DNA from: Eledone cirrhosa | Lineage: Eukaryota | Assembly (NCBI GenBank): GCA_964016885.1 | Contig: OZ024763.1 | Span: forward strand, 3,348,001 to 3,412,000 | Direction of reading: 5' to 3' | DNA: 64,000 bases | In this document: in pieces, positions 15,112 to 29,489 of the stretch | Numbering within the stretch: position 1 is the first letter of the stretch | Layout of the letters: every line of letters begins with the position of its first letter | Translations under genes and position numbers: made by a program | Notes under the pieces: generated by a model | What the model was told of the DNA's origin: nothing | Databases searched by the model: none | What the model saw: the letters and a program-made list of their open reading frames with translations, nothing else

Positions 15112-15820
15112 GCAGCAGCAGTAATAATATCAATAACAACAGCAACAGTAGCATCAATAACAACAACAACAGTAACAGCAGCAGTAACAGCAGCAGTAAC
15201 AATAACAGCAACAACAACAGCCTGCAGAAATAACACCACCAGCAGCAGCTAGAACAACAACAACAACAACAACAACAGCAACAGCAGCAGCAACAACAAC
15301 AACAACAACAACAACAGCAACAGCAACAGCAACAGCAGTAGCAGCAACAACAACAACAGCAGTAGCAACAACAACAACAGCAACAGCAACAACAGCAACA
15401 ACAGCAACAACAACAACAGCAACAGCAACAACAACAACAACAACAGCAGTAGCAACAATAACAACAGCTGCAGCAGTAGCAGCAGAAATAACAACAACTG
15501 CAGCAGTAGCAGCAGAAATAACAACAACTGCAGCAGTAGCAGCAGAAATAACAACAACTGCAGCAGTAGCAGCAGAAATAACAACAACTGCAGCAGTAGC
15601 AGCAGAAATAACAACAACTGCAGCAGTAGCAGCAGAAATAACAACAACTGCAGCAGCAGCAGCAGCAGAAATAACAACAACTGCAGCAGTAGCAGCAGAA
15701 ATAACAACAACTGCAGCAGCAGCAGCAGAAATAACAACAACTGCAGCAGCAGCAGCAGCAACAACAACAACAACAGCAACAACTGCAGCAGCAGCAGCAA
15801 CAACAACAACAACAACAACA
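14715..15820. repeat. (CAG/CAA)n low-complexity tract with a 30-bp higher-order unit
   Basis: cagcagtagcagcagaaataacaacaactg repeated at ~15470-15745. Confidence 0.9.
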
Positions 15821-15926
15821 TGGTTATTGACGGAATATCAATGGAGGTTTTTGTTATAAGATATTTGCCCTTAAAAGAATATTTTCGGCAAAACATTTGA
15901 AAGAAAACCCATTAATATATTTCTGA

Positions 15927-16057
<131 letters not shown>

Positions 16058-16074
16058 TATATATATATAAATAA

Positions 16075-16130
<56 letters not shown>

Positions 16131-16177
16131 CCAATTTGGCAGCAGTTTGTTTAAACAGGCAGGAAAACACATCGTGT

Positions 16178-16246
<69 letters not shown>

Positions 16247-16288
16247 TGATAAATAGCACACATATATACACACATATATATATATATA

Positions 16289-16333
<45 letters not shown>

Positions 16334-16342
16334 ATAAACACC

Positions 16343-16442
<100 letters not shown>

Positions 16443-16527
16443 TTGATATATATTTATCCTTATCGAGCCCTCTTTGGATTTTAGTCTTCAAATTTATTAT
16501 TATTACTATATATATATAAAGAAAAAT

Positions 16528-16736
16528 ATGGGGTGTTTTTCATCAAAAGGAAAAGGGGCAGTTTCCCAGAGCAATATTTCACCCCAGTCAGCTTCTGTAA
16601 ATGTGGATCCGTTGGAAAATATCGAAGACGAGGAAGAACCAGACGATTTAACAGATGAACAAAAAAAACTTTTGCGAAAATCTTGGATAATTCTTCAGAA
16701 CCACATCGCCAAAGTTGGCACTGTAACGTTTATGAG
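16528..16736 (+). CDS. GbX: Globin X-like (N-acylated globin), coding exon 1 of 3
   Basis: ATG at 16528: [10 protein letters not shown]...[31 protein letters not shown](R). Gly2/Cys3 myristoylation/palmitoylation motif, A-helix LT..QK..L..SW, B-helix GxxxF. Ends AG|GTATGT, phase 2 within Arg B12 (ancestral B12.2 intron). Confidence 0.93.
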
Positions 16737-16972
16737 GTATGTTTAAAGAACCATTTGTTCGTCTTTCTATTTTTCCATTTTTCCCTCTCTCTCTCCTCTC
16801 TTTGTATATTCGCATTCAAAGATATATGGGTATATGTATGTGTGTATATATATATATATATATGTATGTATATATGTATATATGTATATATGTATATATA
16901 CACACACATAAAAATCCATCTGTCTGTTTGTCTAGCCTACCTATCTACTTATCTGTCTATCTACCTGTCTGT

Positions 16973-17057
<85 letters not shown>

Positions 17058-17058
17058 A

Positions 17059-17113
<55 letters not shown>

Positions 17114-17254
17114 GATCTATCTATCTCCTCCCTCTCTCTCACTGTATACATACATACATACATACATACATACATACATACATACATACATACATACATA
17201 GGTATATATAATTGAAATGATAATACAAAGACCAAAATTCAGAGAGATAATAGT

Positions 17255-17299
<45 letters not shown>

Positions 17300-17640
17300 A
17301 TATACATATATATATATATATACACATACACACACACACACACACGCGCGCGCATATATAAAATCCCGTAGAGGAAATGTTTATTATTAGCACAGATTAA
17401 AAGTTTAAGCAAACTATTTCTTTCGCCCTTTAGAGGGGATCTTGTTGAAGTGAGAGAAACATTCAGCTGTGGACGAAGATGTAAATATTTCGAAAAAAAT
17501 CACGTGGAAAATATTGGCTTTCAAAATAGAAAGACGTAACACGTGAAGACGTTCGCTTGAGTTACAGCTATTTGTATGCAAAAAGAAATTTAAAAAGATC
17601 TAATTACGTCACACACATATATACATATATATACACAGTT

Positions 17641-18020
17641 CGACAGTCGAGCCCGTAGCAGTGGAGACTTCTGGCCTCCTTGGCCCTAAGGCCACCTCCC
17701 TACTCACTCCATCATCGGCGCAGGGCTGGCTAGCCGCAGGAATGAACCCCGCGAGATGGAATGGCTCTTCCAGTGCATCTCCCTCATCACCCTCCAGGGA
17801 AACGCTTTCTCTATTCTGTCCGCCGGGGCCGTGGGGCGGCCAGAGCGTGGGACCCCATTTTCTCCTAATAGTGAGAGATGGGGAGAGCGAGAGAGACGGA
17901 GGCAGTGACAGTGGGAGTTTGGTTCCTCTGTGTCCAGACCTGGTGTATATAGAGATGGGGAGAGCGAGAGAGACGGAGGCAGTGACAGTGGGAGTTTGGT
18001 TCCTCTGTGTCCAGACCTGG
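17641..18020 (+). mobile_element. CRE-like RLE retrotransposon 3' fragment plus shared tail
   Basis: EPVAVETSGLLGP...EPREMEWLFQCISL...GNAFSIL (frameshifted); related copy at 45768-46025. Confidence 0.6.
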
Positions 18021-18136
18021 TGTAAATGTGTTTGTGACTGATTTAATAGTAACTTTTTTTCCTTTTCTGTATATCAATGGTTTCTTACAGATAATTAAAC
18101 TCCTAATGATTATTAACAACAGTAATAGTAGAACTT

Positions 18137-18180
<44 letters not shown>

Positions 18181-18181
18181 G

Positions 18182-18318
18182 TATGTGGTTGACGGCTGAG
18201 AGAAAAGAGTACTCAATACTCATTTTATCCAGGCTAAATAATGAGTCTTGTTACTCTGGAGTTTCGTCGCCTGTTTTTCGGTATTGAGTACTCTTTTTCA
18301 CAGCCGTCAACCACATAC
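18182..18318. mobile_element. Short element with ~38-bp inverted ends in a TA-rich tract
   Basis: tatgtggttgacggctg..aaaagagtactcaatac / gtattgagtactctttt..cagccgtcaaccacata. Confidence 0.65.
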
Positions 18319-18358
18319 GGATATATATGTATATATACATACATACATACATACATAA

Positions 18359-18395
<37 letters not shown>

Positions 18396-18747
18396 CATTT
18401 GTGTGTGTCTATCTATTTACATATACACACACACAGACACAATTTTACTTAGTGTTTAATTAAATTCTTCCCATAAAAAAAAAGGGACTGGATTTTAACG
18501 AAGAAATATAAGTCCCCTCGGTGAAGGGTTAACTCCGCTCGTCAGAATGTTTAGACGGCGAAGCCTGGACCCGAGGGGGGGGGTCACTGGCCGGCCCGGG
18601 GGGGGGGGGGGAGTATCGGTGAACTTCGAAATGTCACTCATACATGTCCTCCACCCTTCAACCTTTTGTGGAAGTACAGCAGTCACCCGTGCATGTCCGT
18701 CAAACTTTTAGATCTTTCATACGAAACCAGTAGTCATCCATCCCATA

Positions 18748-20960
18748 CATGTCGGTCACCCCAGGACCTTTCATGGTAGACCAGCAGTCACCCATGCATG
18801 TCGGTCATCCCAGGACCTTTCATGGTAGACCAACAGTCACCCATGCATGTCGGTCACCCCAGGACCTTTCATGGTAGACCAGCAGTCACCCATGCATGTC
18901 GGTCACCCCAGGACCTTTAATGGTAGACCAGCAGTCACCCATGCATGTCGGTCACCCCAGGACCTTTCATGGTAGACCAGCAGTCACCCATGCATGTCGG
19001 TCACCCCAGGACCTTTCATGGTAGACCAACAGTCACCCATGCATGTCGGTCACCCCAGGACCTTTCATGGTAGACCAACAGTCACCCATGCATGTCGGTC
19101 ATCCCAGGACCTTTCATGGTAGACCAACAGTCACCCATGCATGTCGGTCACCCCAGGACCTTTCATGGTAGACCAGCAGTCACCCATGCATGTCGGTCAC
19201 CCCAGGACCTTTCATGGTAGACCAGCAGTCACCCATGCATGTCGGTCACCCCAGGACCTTTCATGGTAGACCAGCAGTCACCCATGCATGTCGGTCATCC
19301 CAGGACCTTTCATGGTAGACCAACAGTCACCCATGCATGTCGGTCATCCCAGGACCTTTCATGGTAGACCAACAGTCACCCATGCATGTCGGTCACCCCA
19401 GGACCTTTCATGGGAGACCAGCAGTCACCCATGCATGTCGGTCACCCCAGGACCTTTCATGGTAGACCAGCAGTCACCCATGCATGTCGGTCACCCCAGG
19501 ACCTTTCATGGTAGACCAGCAGTCACCCATGCATGTCGGTCACCCCAGGACCTTTCATGGTAGACCAGCAGTCACCCATGCATGTCGGTCACCCCAGGAC
19601 CTTTCATGGTAGACCAGCAGTCACCCATGCATGTCGGTCACCCCAGGACCTTTCATGGTAGACCAACAGTCACCCATGCATGTCGGTCACCCCAGGACCT
19701 TTCATGGGAGACCAGCAGTCACCCATGCATGTCGGTCACCCCAGGACCTTTCATGGTAGACCAGCAGTCACCCATGCATGTCGGTCACCCCAGGACCTTT
19801 CATGGGAGACCAGTAGTCACCCATGCATGTCGGTCACCCCAGGACCTTTCATGGTAGACCAGCAGTCACCCATGCATGTCGGTCATCCCAGGACCTTTCA
19901 TGGTAGACCAGCAGTCACCCATGCATGTCGGTCACCCCAGGACCTTTCATGGTAGACCAGCAGTCACCCATGCATGTCGGTCACCCCAGGACCTTTCATG
20001 GTAGACCAACAGTCACCCATGCATGTCGGTCACCCCAGGACCTTTCATGGTAGACCAACAGTCACCCATGCATGTCGGTCATCCCAGGACCTTTCATGGT
20101 AGACCAACAGTCACCCATGCATGTCGGTCACCCCAGGACCTTTCATGGTAGACCAGCAGTCACCCATGCATGTCGGTCACCCCAGGACCTTTCATGGTAG
20201 ACCAGCAGTCACCCATGCATGTCGGTCACCCCAGGACCTTTCATGGTAGACCAGCAGTCACCCATGCATGTCGGTCATCCCAGGACCTTTCATGGTAGAC
20301 CAACAGTCACCCATGCATGTCGGTCATCCCAGGACCTTTCATGGTAGACCAACAGTCACCCATGCATGTCGGTCACCCCAGGACCTTTCATGGGAGACCA
20401 GCAGTCACCCATGCATGTCGGTCACCCCAGGACCTTTCATGGTAGACCAGCAGTCACCCATGCATGTCGGTCACCCCAGGACCTTTCATGGTAGACCAGC
20501 AGTCACCCATGCATGTCGGTCACCCCAGGACCTTTCATGGTAGACCAGCAGTCACCCATGCATGTCGGTCACCCCAGGACCTTTCATGGTAGACCAGCAG
20601 TCACCCATGCATGTCGGTCACCCCAGGACCTTTCATGGTAGACCAACAGTCACCCATGCATGTCGGTCACCCCAGGACCTTTCATGGGAGACCAGCAGTC
20701 ACCCATGCATGTCGGTCACCCTAGGACCTTTCATGGTAGACCAGCAGTCACCCATGCATGTCGGTCACCCCAGGACCTTTCATGGGAGACCAGCAGTCAC
20801 CCATGCATGTCGGTCACCCCAGGACCTTTCATGGTAGACCAGCAGTCACCCATGCATGTCGGTCATCCCAGGACCTTTCATGGTAGACCAGCAGTCACCC
20901 ATGCATGTCGGTCATCCCAGGACCTTTCATGGTAGACCAACAGTCACGCCAGGACCTTTT
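18748..20960. repeat. 49-bp minisatellite, ~45 copies
   Basis: Unit catgtcggtcaccccaggacctttcatggtagaccagcagtcacccatg. Confidence 0.97.
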
Positions 20961-21687
20961 GTGGAAAGCCTGCAGTCACCCATGCATATCAGTCTCGCCT
21001 TTCCACGCCATTGATTTTGTCTAAGAGAAAGGAAAAAATCGATACAGTTTAGCACCAATGTCGTCGTAACTCATATATACACTATATACACTATATACAT
21101 CCTATATATACTGTATATACACTATATACATCATGTATATACTGTATATACACTATATACATCCTATATATACTGTATATACACTATATATAGTCTATAT
21201 ATACTGTATATATACTGTATATAGTGTGTATATAGTGTAATATACAGTATATATATATAGGTTGTATATAGTGTATATGTTGTATATACACCTAACATAT
21301 ACTGTATATACAATATACACACTATACACAACCTATATCTACTCTGTATATACACTGTATACATACTATATACATTATATATTCTGTATATGCTATATAC
21401 AGTCTATATACTGTATATACAATATATATATTATATACACCCTATACAATATATACACTATATACTGTATATACGCTATATAGACACTATACACACTATA
21501 TACTTTATATACACTATATACATTATATACATTATATACACTCTACACACTGTATATACATTATATACGCTGTATACACTATATACATGTCTAAGGGAAA
21601 GGTTTGACATCAGTGAAATATTGAATATGTCATGCTTAAGGATTCAACTCACCGCCTGGCCTGGGAATCGAACACACGGCCTTACCA

Positions 21688-21819
<132 letters not shown>

Positions 21820-21898
21820 TATAGTTATGTAATAAACAACATAAAGCAATTATTTCATTTACCAGTGGTTTCTTAAAAGCAAAAAAATTTTGCTTTCA

Positions 21899-21950
<52 letters not shown>

Positions 21951-22036
21951 AAACCATATATATATATCTATATATATATATATATATATTTGAAACCAGC
22001 GTTAGCTACTTAGAACGCTAGTTTGAGACCTTTATT

Positions 22037-22074
22037 TCCCTCTGAAGAAGAGATATTATCTCGAAAATTAAGGA
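22037..22074 (+). ncRNA. Possible minimal hammerhead motif
   Basis: cct-CTGAAGA-a-gagat-att-atctc-GAAA-at-TA^-agg: 5-bp stem II, palindromic AATT stem III, only 3-bp stem I. Confidence 0.5.
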
Positions 22075-22187
22075 CATTTAAATAAATCTAAGGTAAAAGA
22101 CTAATTATCAACAATATCTTTTGCATTTACATTCTTTATTCTATGTCCATACCTGCATTGTTTTGGCTTTATTATACATATTCAAAC

Positions 22188-22231
<44 letters not shown>

Positions 22232-22244
22232 GTATATATTTATA

Positions 22245-22308
<64 letters not shown>

Positions 22309-22317
22309 TATATATAT

Positions 22318-22348
<31 letters not shown>

Positions 22349-22857
22349 GTATGTATATATATATATGTATGTGTATATAAGCATTATAATAACTTCATAA
22401 CTTTATCCGTTACGTATAATAATCTTACCCCCCCCCCCGGTCTCCCCTCAATCCCCTCACCACAACCTATACTTACATCTCTACAACTTCCTTTAACCAG
22501 TATTAACATACTTAATATTCTAATAAATTCTATATATTACTGGAATAATTTTAACATTGAAATTATCGTAATTTATTCGTAAGTATTTCTGCCAACCACT
22601 TCATAGTTTAAAAGGGGGGAGGGTGTAACATTAAACCAATTGAAGTCCTTAAATCTAACACTTCCTTCTATATGTTGGTGTCTAAGAGGTTCATAGGCTG
22701 TCTATGAAGAATGTGTGATGCTAGAGCTGTGAAATCTTGCAATCCATTGCATTAATTTCAAGTCTTTTCAACTTATATCTTGATGACCTGGCAGAATCTC
22801 TTTAAGTTCTCATTTCAAATCTCACCAAATTCAAACTTGGCTTTCATTCTTTCGGGG

Positions 22858-23260
22858 GGTTGTGTGGTGGTGTAGTGTAGTGTGGTGTGGTGTGGTGTGG
22901 TGTGGTGTTCTGTGGTGTGGTGGGGTGGGGTGTAGCGCGATGTGGTGTAGTGTGGTGTAGTGTGGTGTGGTGTAGTGTAGTGTGGTGTGGTGGGGTGTGG
23001 TGTATTGTGGTGTGGTGTGGTGTGGTGTGGTGTGGTGTTGTGTGGTGTGGTGGGTCTGGTGTAGTGTAGTGTGGTGTGGTGTGGTGGGTTGTGGTGTAGT
23101 GTAGTGTAGTGTAGTCGAGTGTGGTGTATTGTGGTGTATTGTGGTGTGGTGTAGTGTGGTGTGGTGTGGTGTGGTGTAGTGTAGTGTAGTGTAGTGGGGT
23201 GGGGTGTAGTGTAGTGTAGTGGGGTGTGGTGTATTGTGGTGTATTGTGGTGTGGTGTAGT
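22858..23260. repeat. (GTGTG/GTGTA)n pentamer satellite
   Basis: Direct inspection. Confidence 0.95.
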
Positions 23261-23737
23261 CTTAATGAAGACGAGGGATCTCTTGCTCCACATAAAAAAT
23301 ATATACACACACATACCTATAATCATGCATTTATTCGTTCATACATACATACAGGATGATGGCTTCCCCCTCGCTATTGAGTATGGCCATTGCACGATAT
23401 ACCATTATTAATAATTATCAATTTATTCTATCGTGCAATGCCTGTGTGTGAAGATTTTTTTAAATTGAGGAAAGACTGTGCACTGATCCAATCCCACTCT
23501 CCGAGCGACAGTAGCTATAACCCCAAAAGAAGAAAGGATCAACATCATCGGTAACTACTGAGCCGCAGTTTTGTGTCGGTGTTATCCCAGTTTCCTGAGT
23601 TGCCTTCTAGAAGAATGTTATGACAAAGGCTAGCGGTCCTTCACTCCTGGTGGTTTGACCATACATACATACACACATACACACATACACACATACATAC
23701 ATACAAACATATAACATAATACATACATACATATATA

Positions 23738-24296
23738 CATGGTGGCTGCCAACTCGTTTTCGAGTACGGCCACTACTTTATATCCATGTAGGAGAACCCC
23801 TACCGATGCGCTGAACGAGTGCGACTTTTTAGTCCAGCCAGCGACTTGAAAAATCTGGTACAAACACTACACTTGTGACAATTATTGACACATAGTGCTG
23901 GCCCATGGTACCATGTGACGACAAGTGCAGAGAGATCTCCAGATATAAGCAATGCCAGTGCCATGAAGCTTTTATAGTGAGCAAAGGCACTGTACAAAGC
24001 CAGTCCCACTCTCTTAACCAAGATGATATTTACCAAAAAGAAGAACAAGTCAACATCATTGGATACCATCAGAGTTGCAGGTGTTATATCAGAGTTTTCC
24101 TTCTCCTAGAATTCTGCCTTGACAAAGGCTAAGGGATCATCTCTCCCGGTGATTTTGGATGGCCATTGACTCTTAAGAGCTCCTTTGCCCTTTGACAGGT
24201 TTTGTTTTTAGTCCTGCAGGATGTCCAAAGTCACTCTCCTCACCAAGAAACCTTGGTGGGGTTGCCAGTTTAGTCGCCAACGACCCGACCATGAGA
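23738..24296 (-). mobile_element. ~550-bp interspersed repeat, probably RTE 5'-UTR-derived
   Basis: Highly similar copy at 44741-45350; family assignment is inference. Confidence 0.6.
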
Positions 24297-24763
24297 CATA
24301 TATACATACATATATACATACATACATACAATACATACATACATACATACATACATACATACATACATACATACATAGCTGGCACCTTCAAAATTTGCAA
24401 AAACATTCTTGCGATTCAAGGGATGACAATTTCTTTTCTTTTACAACCTTGCCACCAGGAAGGTGGCCGGTCAAAAATATACTCAAAATTAAGAGAAAGA
24501 GAGAACATACATACAAAAATACATACATACATACAAACATACACACATACATACTAACATACATACATACACACATACATACAACATGCATACATACACA
24601 CATACATACATAATTTGTGAAATTATAAAACCAGAAGAACATACATACATACAAACATACATGCAAATATACATACACACACACAAACATACATACATAC
24701 ACACATACAAACATACATACATACATACATACATATATACATACATACATACAAACATACATA

Positions 24764-24967
24764 GCAGATACTCCACCCTGACTATATCTTCAGAATTATA
24801 CCTGTAATGATTGGGGTACTGGGATATGTTAGTAACTGGCTCAATACAAATCTTGAGAAGCTGGGCTTCACAGTAGCAAAAAGAACACAACTAGTTTGGA
24901 AATTACAAGTACAATCCATTAATGGAACAGTAAAAATATGTAAAACATTCCAAAAATGTTGCATTTA
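24764..24967 (+). mobile_element. RLE-type non-LTR retrotransposon C-terminal fragment
   Basis: Translates as QILHPDYIFRIIPVMIGVLGYV..LEKLGF / KLQVQSINGTVKICKTF. Confidence 0.6.
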
Positions 24968-25262
24968 ATAACTGCATATACACTTTTAAAGATACAAAGC
25001 ATATACACATGCACACATACAACTCAAAACATACACATCCATACATACAATAACATCCATACCTGCACACACACGCATGCAGACATACATACATACCTAC
25101 CTAGTTGATGTTGTGTAAATTGCAATGAGACCAACTCTCTCTCTCTATTGGTAAACATTTGTGAAATTATAAAACCAGAAGAACATACATTCATATATAC
25201 ATACATACATACAAACATAGTCATACTTACATACATACATACAATCACATATAGTTATATAA

Positions 25263-25364
<102 letters not shown>

Positions 25365-25461
25365 TTATACATATATATATATATGAAGATCACTGATGAA
25401 GGACTACATTTATTCATATGTAACCCATTTGCAACCACGCAGCATGTCATGTTTTCATATT

Positions 25462-25515
<54 letters not shown>

Positions 25516-25953
25516 TTATGCGTTCACATGTTGATATTTAGAAACATGCATGCATGTGTCTTTAAAAGACATTCATTGCCTCAAGAGAGAACAAAAGAGA
25601 GAACGAAAGGGAGAAAGAAGGAGAGAAAGAAGGAGAGAGTGAAGGAGAGAAAGAAGGAGAGAATGACAGCAACGAAAGCAATGAAAGCAATGGCTGACAT
25701 GGAGAAAGGGGCATAAAAAAAGAGATAAAAAGCAAAAGAAATGAAAGAGTGATGAAAATAAAGTAATCTTGGTGATCTGTAAAGAATAACAGACTTAGTT
25801 GCAAAATGAATTCTTTGTTTGAAAATGAAAAATCCGTGTACGTGACTCTCTGATAAATAATTTTACTGTGAGACACTGACGTCTCACTATGTCTCTCTCT
25901 CTCTCCCAGTCTCTCTCTCTCTCTGATAAATAGTTTTACTGTGAGACACTGAC

Positions 25954-26014
<61 letters not shown>

Positions 26015-26309
26015 TTCTCACTTTTTCTCCCCTATCAACCTTCTCTCTGTATGCCTCTTCTCTCTTTCCTCTCTATATATCTGTCTCTCTCTTTCTTCCT
26101 GCTCACACTCCTCTCTCTCCTTTCTCCCTGTCTCTACCCCCGCCCCATCTACCTCACCCCCACCCTGGGGTACCATATATCGATATTATATCATCAGACA
26201 TCACACAATACTTTCTTGCATCTCTTCCTGATGCAACAGGCCTGCCAAACGTCTCTCTCTCTCTCTCTCTCTCTCCCTCTCTGTGTGTGTGTCTCTCTCT
26301 CTCTCTGTC

Positions 26310-26362
<53 letters not shown>

Positions 26363-26764
26363 CCTCTCTTACTTTCTCTCTCTCCTTCTCTCTCTCCTTT
26401 TCTTTTCTTGTCCTTGTGGATCCCCCCCTCCCTACGAAACACACCATTCAACAACTTATAAAGCCGATCTCCCCTTCCCATACCCCTTCCCCTCCTCCTC
26501 TTCCTCCTCTTCCACCACCACCACCACCACCACCACCACCACCACCACCACCACCAACACCACCACCACCACCACCACCACCACTACTACTACCACCACT
26601 ACCACCATCATCACTACCACCACCACCACCACACTATATAAAGTCTGGTGATTTTCTTGTTTGTTTTCTCTCATTATTCCGTTCAATCCACCGTTTGATA
26701 TTGGTAAACCTTTTACTATGCTTTGTTTGTTTTGGCAGTAGGAATTAGGATGGCGTCACGTAGG

Positions 26765-26829
<65 letters not shown>

Positions 26830-26924
26830 CTCCCTGTAACTCTCTCTGTCTATCTTTCCCTCTCTGTGTGTCTCTGTCTGTCTGTCTCGCTCTCTCTCTC
26901 TCTCTCACTCTTTCTCTGTAATTG

Positions 26925-26970
<46 letters not shown>

Positions 26971-27011
26971 CCTCTCTGTGCGTCTCTGTCTCTCTTTCTC
27001 TCACTCTCTGT

Positions 27012-27078
<67 letters not shown>

Positions 27079-27219
27079 ATTGACCTATGTTTCGTCACTA
27101 TATATATATATATATATATATCTGACGACTGATTTATGCAAATCAGACCGATCAGACACTGTATATTTTAGAAAATATCGTATATTTTCACTAGCTCTGA
27201 CAGTTGGTAGGTGAACAGT

Positions 27220-27269
27220 GAGCTGTACTGATGAGGGGTGATACCCAGAAACATTAGTGTCTGTAGTTC
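27220..27269 (+). ncRNA. Type I hammerhead ribozyme motif (singleton here)
   Basis: gagctgta-CTGATGA-ggggt-gat-accca-GAAA-cattagtg-TC^-tgtagttc: 8-bp stem I with G-U pairs, GUC site; G-A mismatch at the base of stem II. Confidence 0.78.
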
Positions 27270-27429
27270 TGTTTACATACCAACACAAGAGCAAGAATGA
27301 GGGATTCAGTCTACTGACATGGCTTTAAAAATGAGGCTGTTTGCGCATAATTGCAAACGAATCGAATATTATTATTAATATTTGAAAAACTCAAATTACA
27401 TTTATTGTATTCAGCCATGTAGAGCTAAC

Positions 27430-27502
<73 letters not shown>

Positions 27503-27757
27503 ATCAAAAGATGGTTAAAGGAGTTCCATGTATTTTATTATGCGCATTTCAAAAACAAATATCATCATGCAATAACATTTGTGTTTTCATCCGATAAAAT
27601 AGGAGGACATGATATGAAGGTTAAAAAACACTTGTGGATAGTGCAGTTTTAAATCAACATATCTTATATATTATGTATACTCCAGTCCTACAAACTGTAG
27701 AGTGCTTCTTATCCGATATCTGCATTGCTTTATTGTACTACAATAAAACTCACCTCC

Positions 27758-27847
<90 letters not shown>

Positions 27848-27851
<4 letters not shown>

Positions 27852-28258
27852 TGTTTCTACTTTTGGCACAAAGCTAGCAATTACTCAGTACATTACTGGT
27901 ACTTTATTTTATCGACCCCGTAAGGATGAAACGCAAAGTTGACCTCGGCGGGATTTGAACTCAGAATGGAAAGGGCCGTAACTCGATGCGTCAAAGCATG
28001 ACGTCCGACCTTCTACCGATACTGCCAATCCGCCGCCCTAACATGACGTCCGACCCTCTACCGATATTGCCAATCCACCGCCCTTACATGGCGTCCGACC
28101 CTCTACCGATACTGCCAATCCACCGCTATAACATGGCGTCCGACCCTCTACCGATACTGCCAATCCACCGCCCTAACATGACGTCCGACCCTCTACCGAT
28201 ACTGCCAATCCACCGCCCTAACATGGCGTCCGACCCTCTACCGATACTGCCAATCCAC
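27848..28258 (-). mobile_element. SINE with tandemly amplified 45-bp tRNA head
   Basis: SINE body 27848-28035, then about 6 units of catggcgtccgaccctctaccgatactgccaatccaccgccctaa (27998-28258). Confidence 0.85.
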
Positions 28259-28692
28259 AATGATGGACAAGAAACTGGAACACAATAGGCCTGACCTGGT
28301 GGTTTTGGACAAGGAAAAAAGATCATGCCTGATTGTAGATGTAGCCTGCCCATTTGACACGAGAGTGCAAGAAAAGGAGATGGAGAAAATTAACCGATAC
28401 CAGGACTTAAAGTGGGAGGTAAAAAGGATTTGGAACTGCCATGAAGTCAGAGTCGTCCCGATTGTCATAGGCGCACTAGGTACTATCTCAAAGAGTTTCC
28501 AAGGATGGTTAAAGAAAATTAGTCCAGCCCCGCTTTTTGGAACACTTCAAAAGGCATGCTTGCTGGGAACAGCAAGGACCCTCCGATACGTCCTGAATAT
28601 CTGAGGCTGCAGGTAGCAACTTGATATTCATTTTAACAAACTTTCCAGTTAAATAACATCAATGACTGAGACTCAAATAATAATAATAATAA
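28259..28692 (+). mobile_element. R4/Dong-like non-LTR retrotransposon 3' end (restriction-like endonuclease)
   Basis: ORF ..HNRPDLVVLDKEKRSCLIVDVACPFD....KEMEKINRYQDL..VVPIVIGALG.. (PD-D/ExK RLE); ends in (AAT)n. Confidence 0.85.
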
Positions 28693-28907
28693 TTGTTTCT
28701 ACTATTGGCACAAGGCCAGCAATTACCTAGTACATTACTGGTACTTTATTTTATCGACCTCGTAAGGATGAAAGGCAAAGTTAAAGAATAATAATAATAA
28801 TAAACAAGACGGTTACTTATTATTGTAATAAAACGCCGGATAAACATAAAGCGTGCCATCTCTTAAAAGACGGCAGATTTTCAATAAACCAACTTACTCT
28901 AATTGAA

Positions 28908-28945
<38 letters not shown>

Positions 28946-28946
28946 C

Positions 28947-29029
<83 letters not shown>

Positions 29030-29489
29030 TAAATATATGTGTATTTAAAAGGTAAACAGAAATAACAACACAGTATATATATGTGTGTGTAGAGAGAGAG
29101 AGATATAAAGAGAGAGAGATATAGAGAGATAGATAAAGAGAGAGGGGTGAGATAGAAAGATAGAAAGAGAAACAATGGGAGAGAGAAATGGTGGTGGGGG
29201 GGGGGGGGTCTAAAAATAGTGAGAATTTAAAGAATTTAGTTCCAATTTCGAAGAATTAGAAGCTGATAATTAGTTCGTTTGATGTGTTTAGAGCTGAGGG
29301 GAAGTCGTGAGTTTCTTAGAACGACATTGAAGAGAGATTAATGCAGACGATAATGACGTCACTTCCGTTTATATAGCTGTAGATTTGCTATACCCACCTA
29401 CTTTCATTCCACCTGGCGGTGAACAGGTATCGTCGGGTGGTAATACTTACCTGTCTTTATAGTATATAGGTAATTAGGTTGAAGTCTAC

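Noticed and set aside
18748-20960. CRISPR-like array, or repeated 91-aa ORFs
   Set aside because: Units are contiguous and near-identical with no unique spacers and no cas genes, in a eukaryotic context; a 49-bp period is not a multiple of 3.
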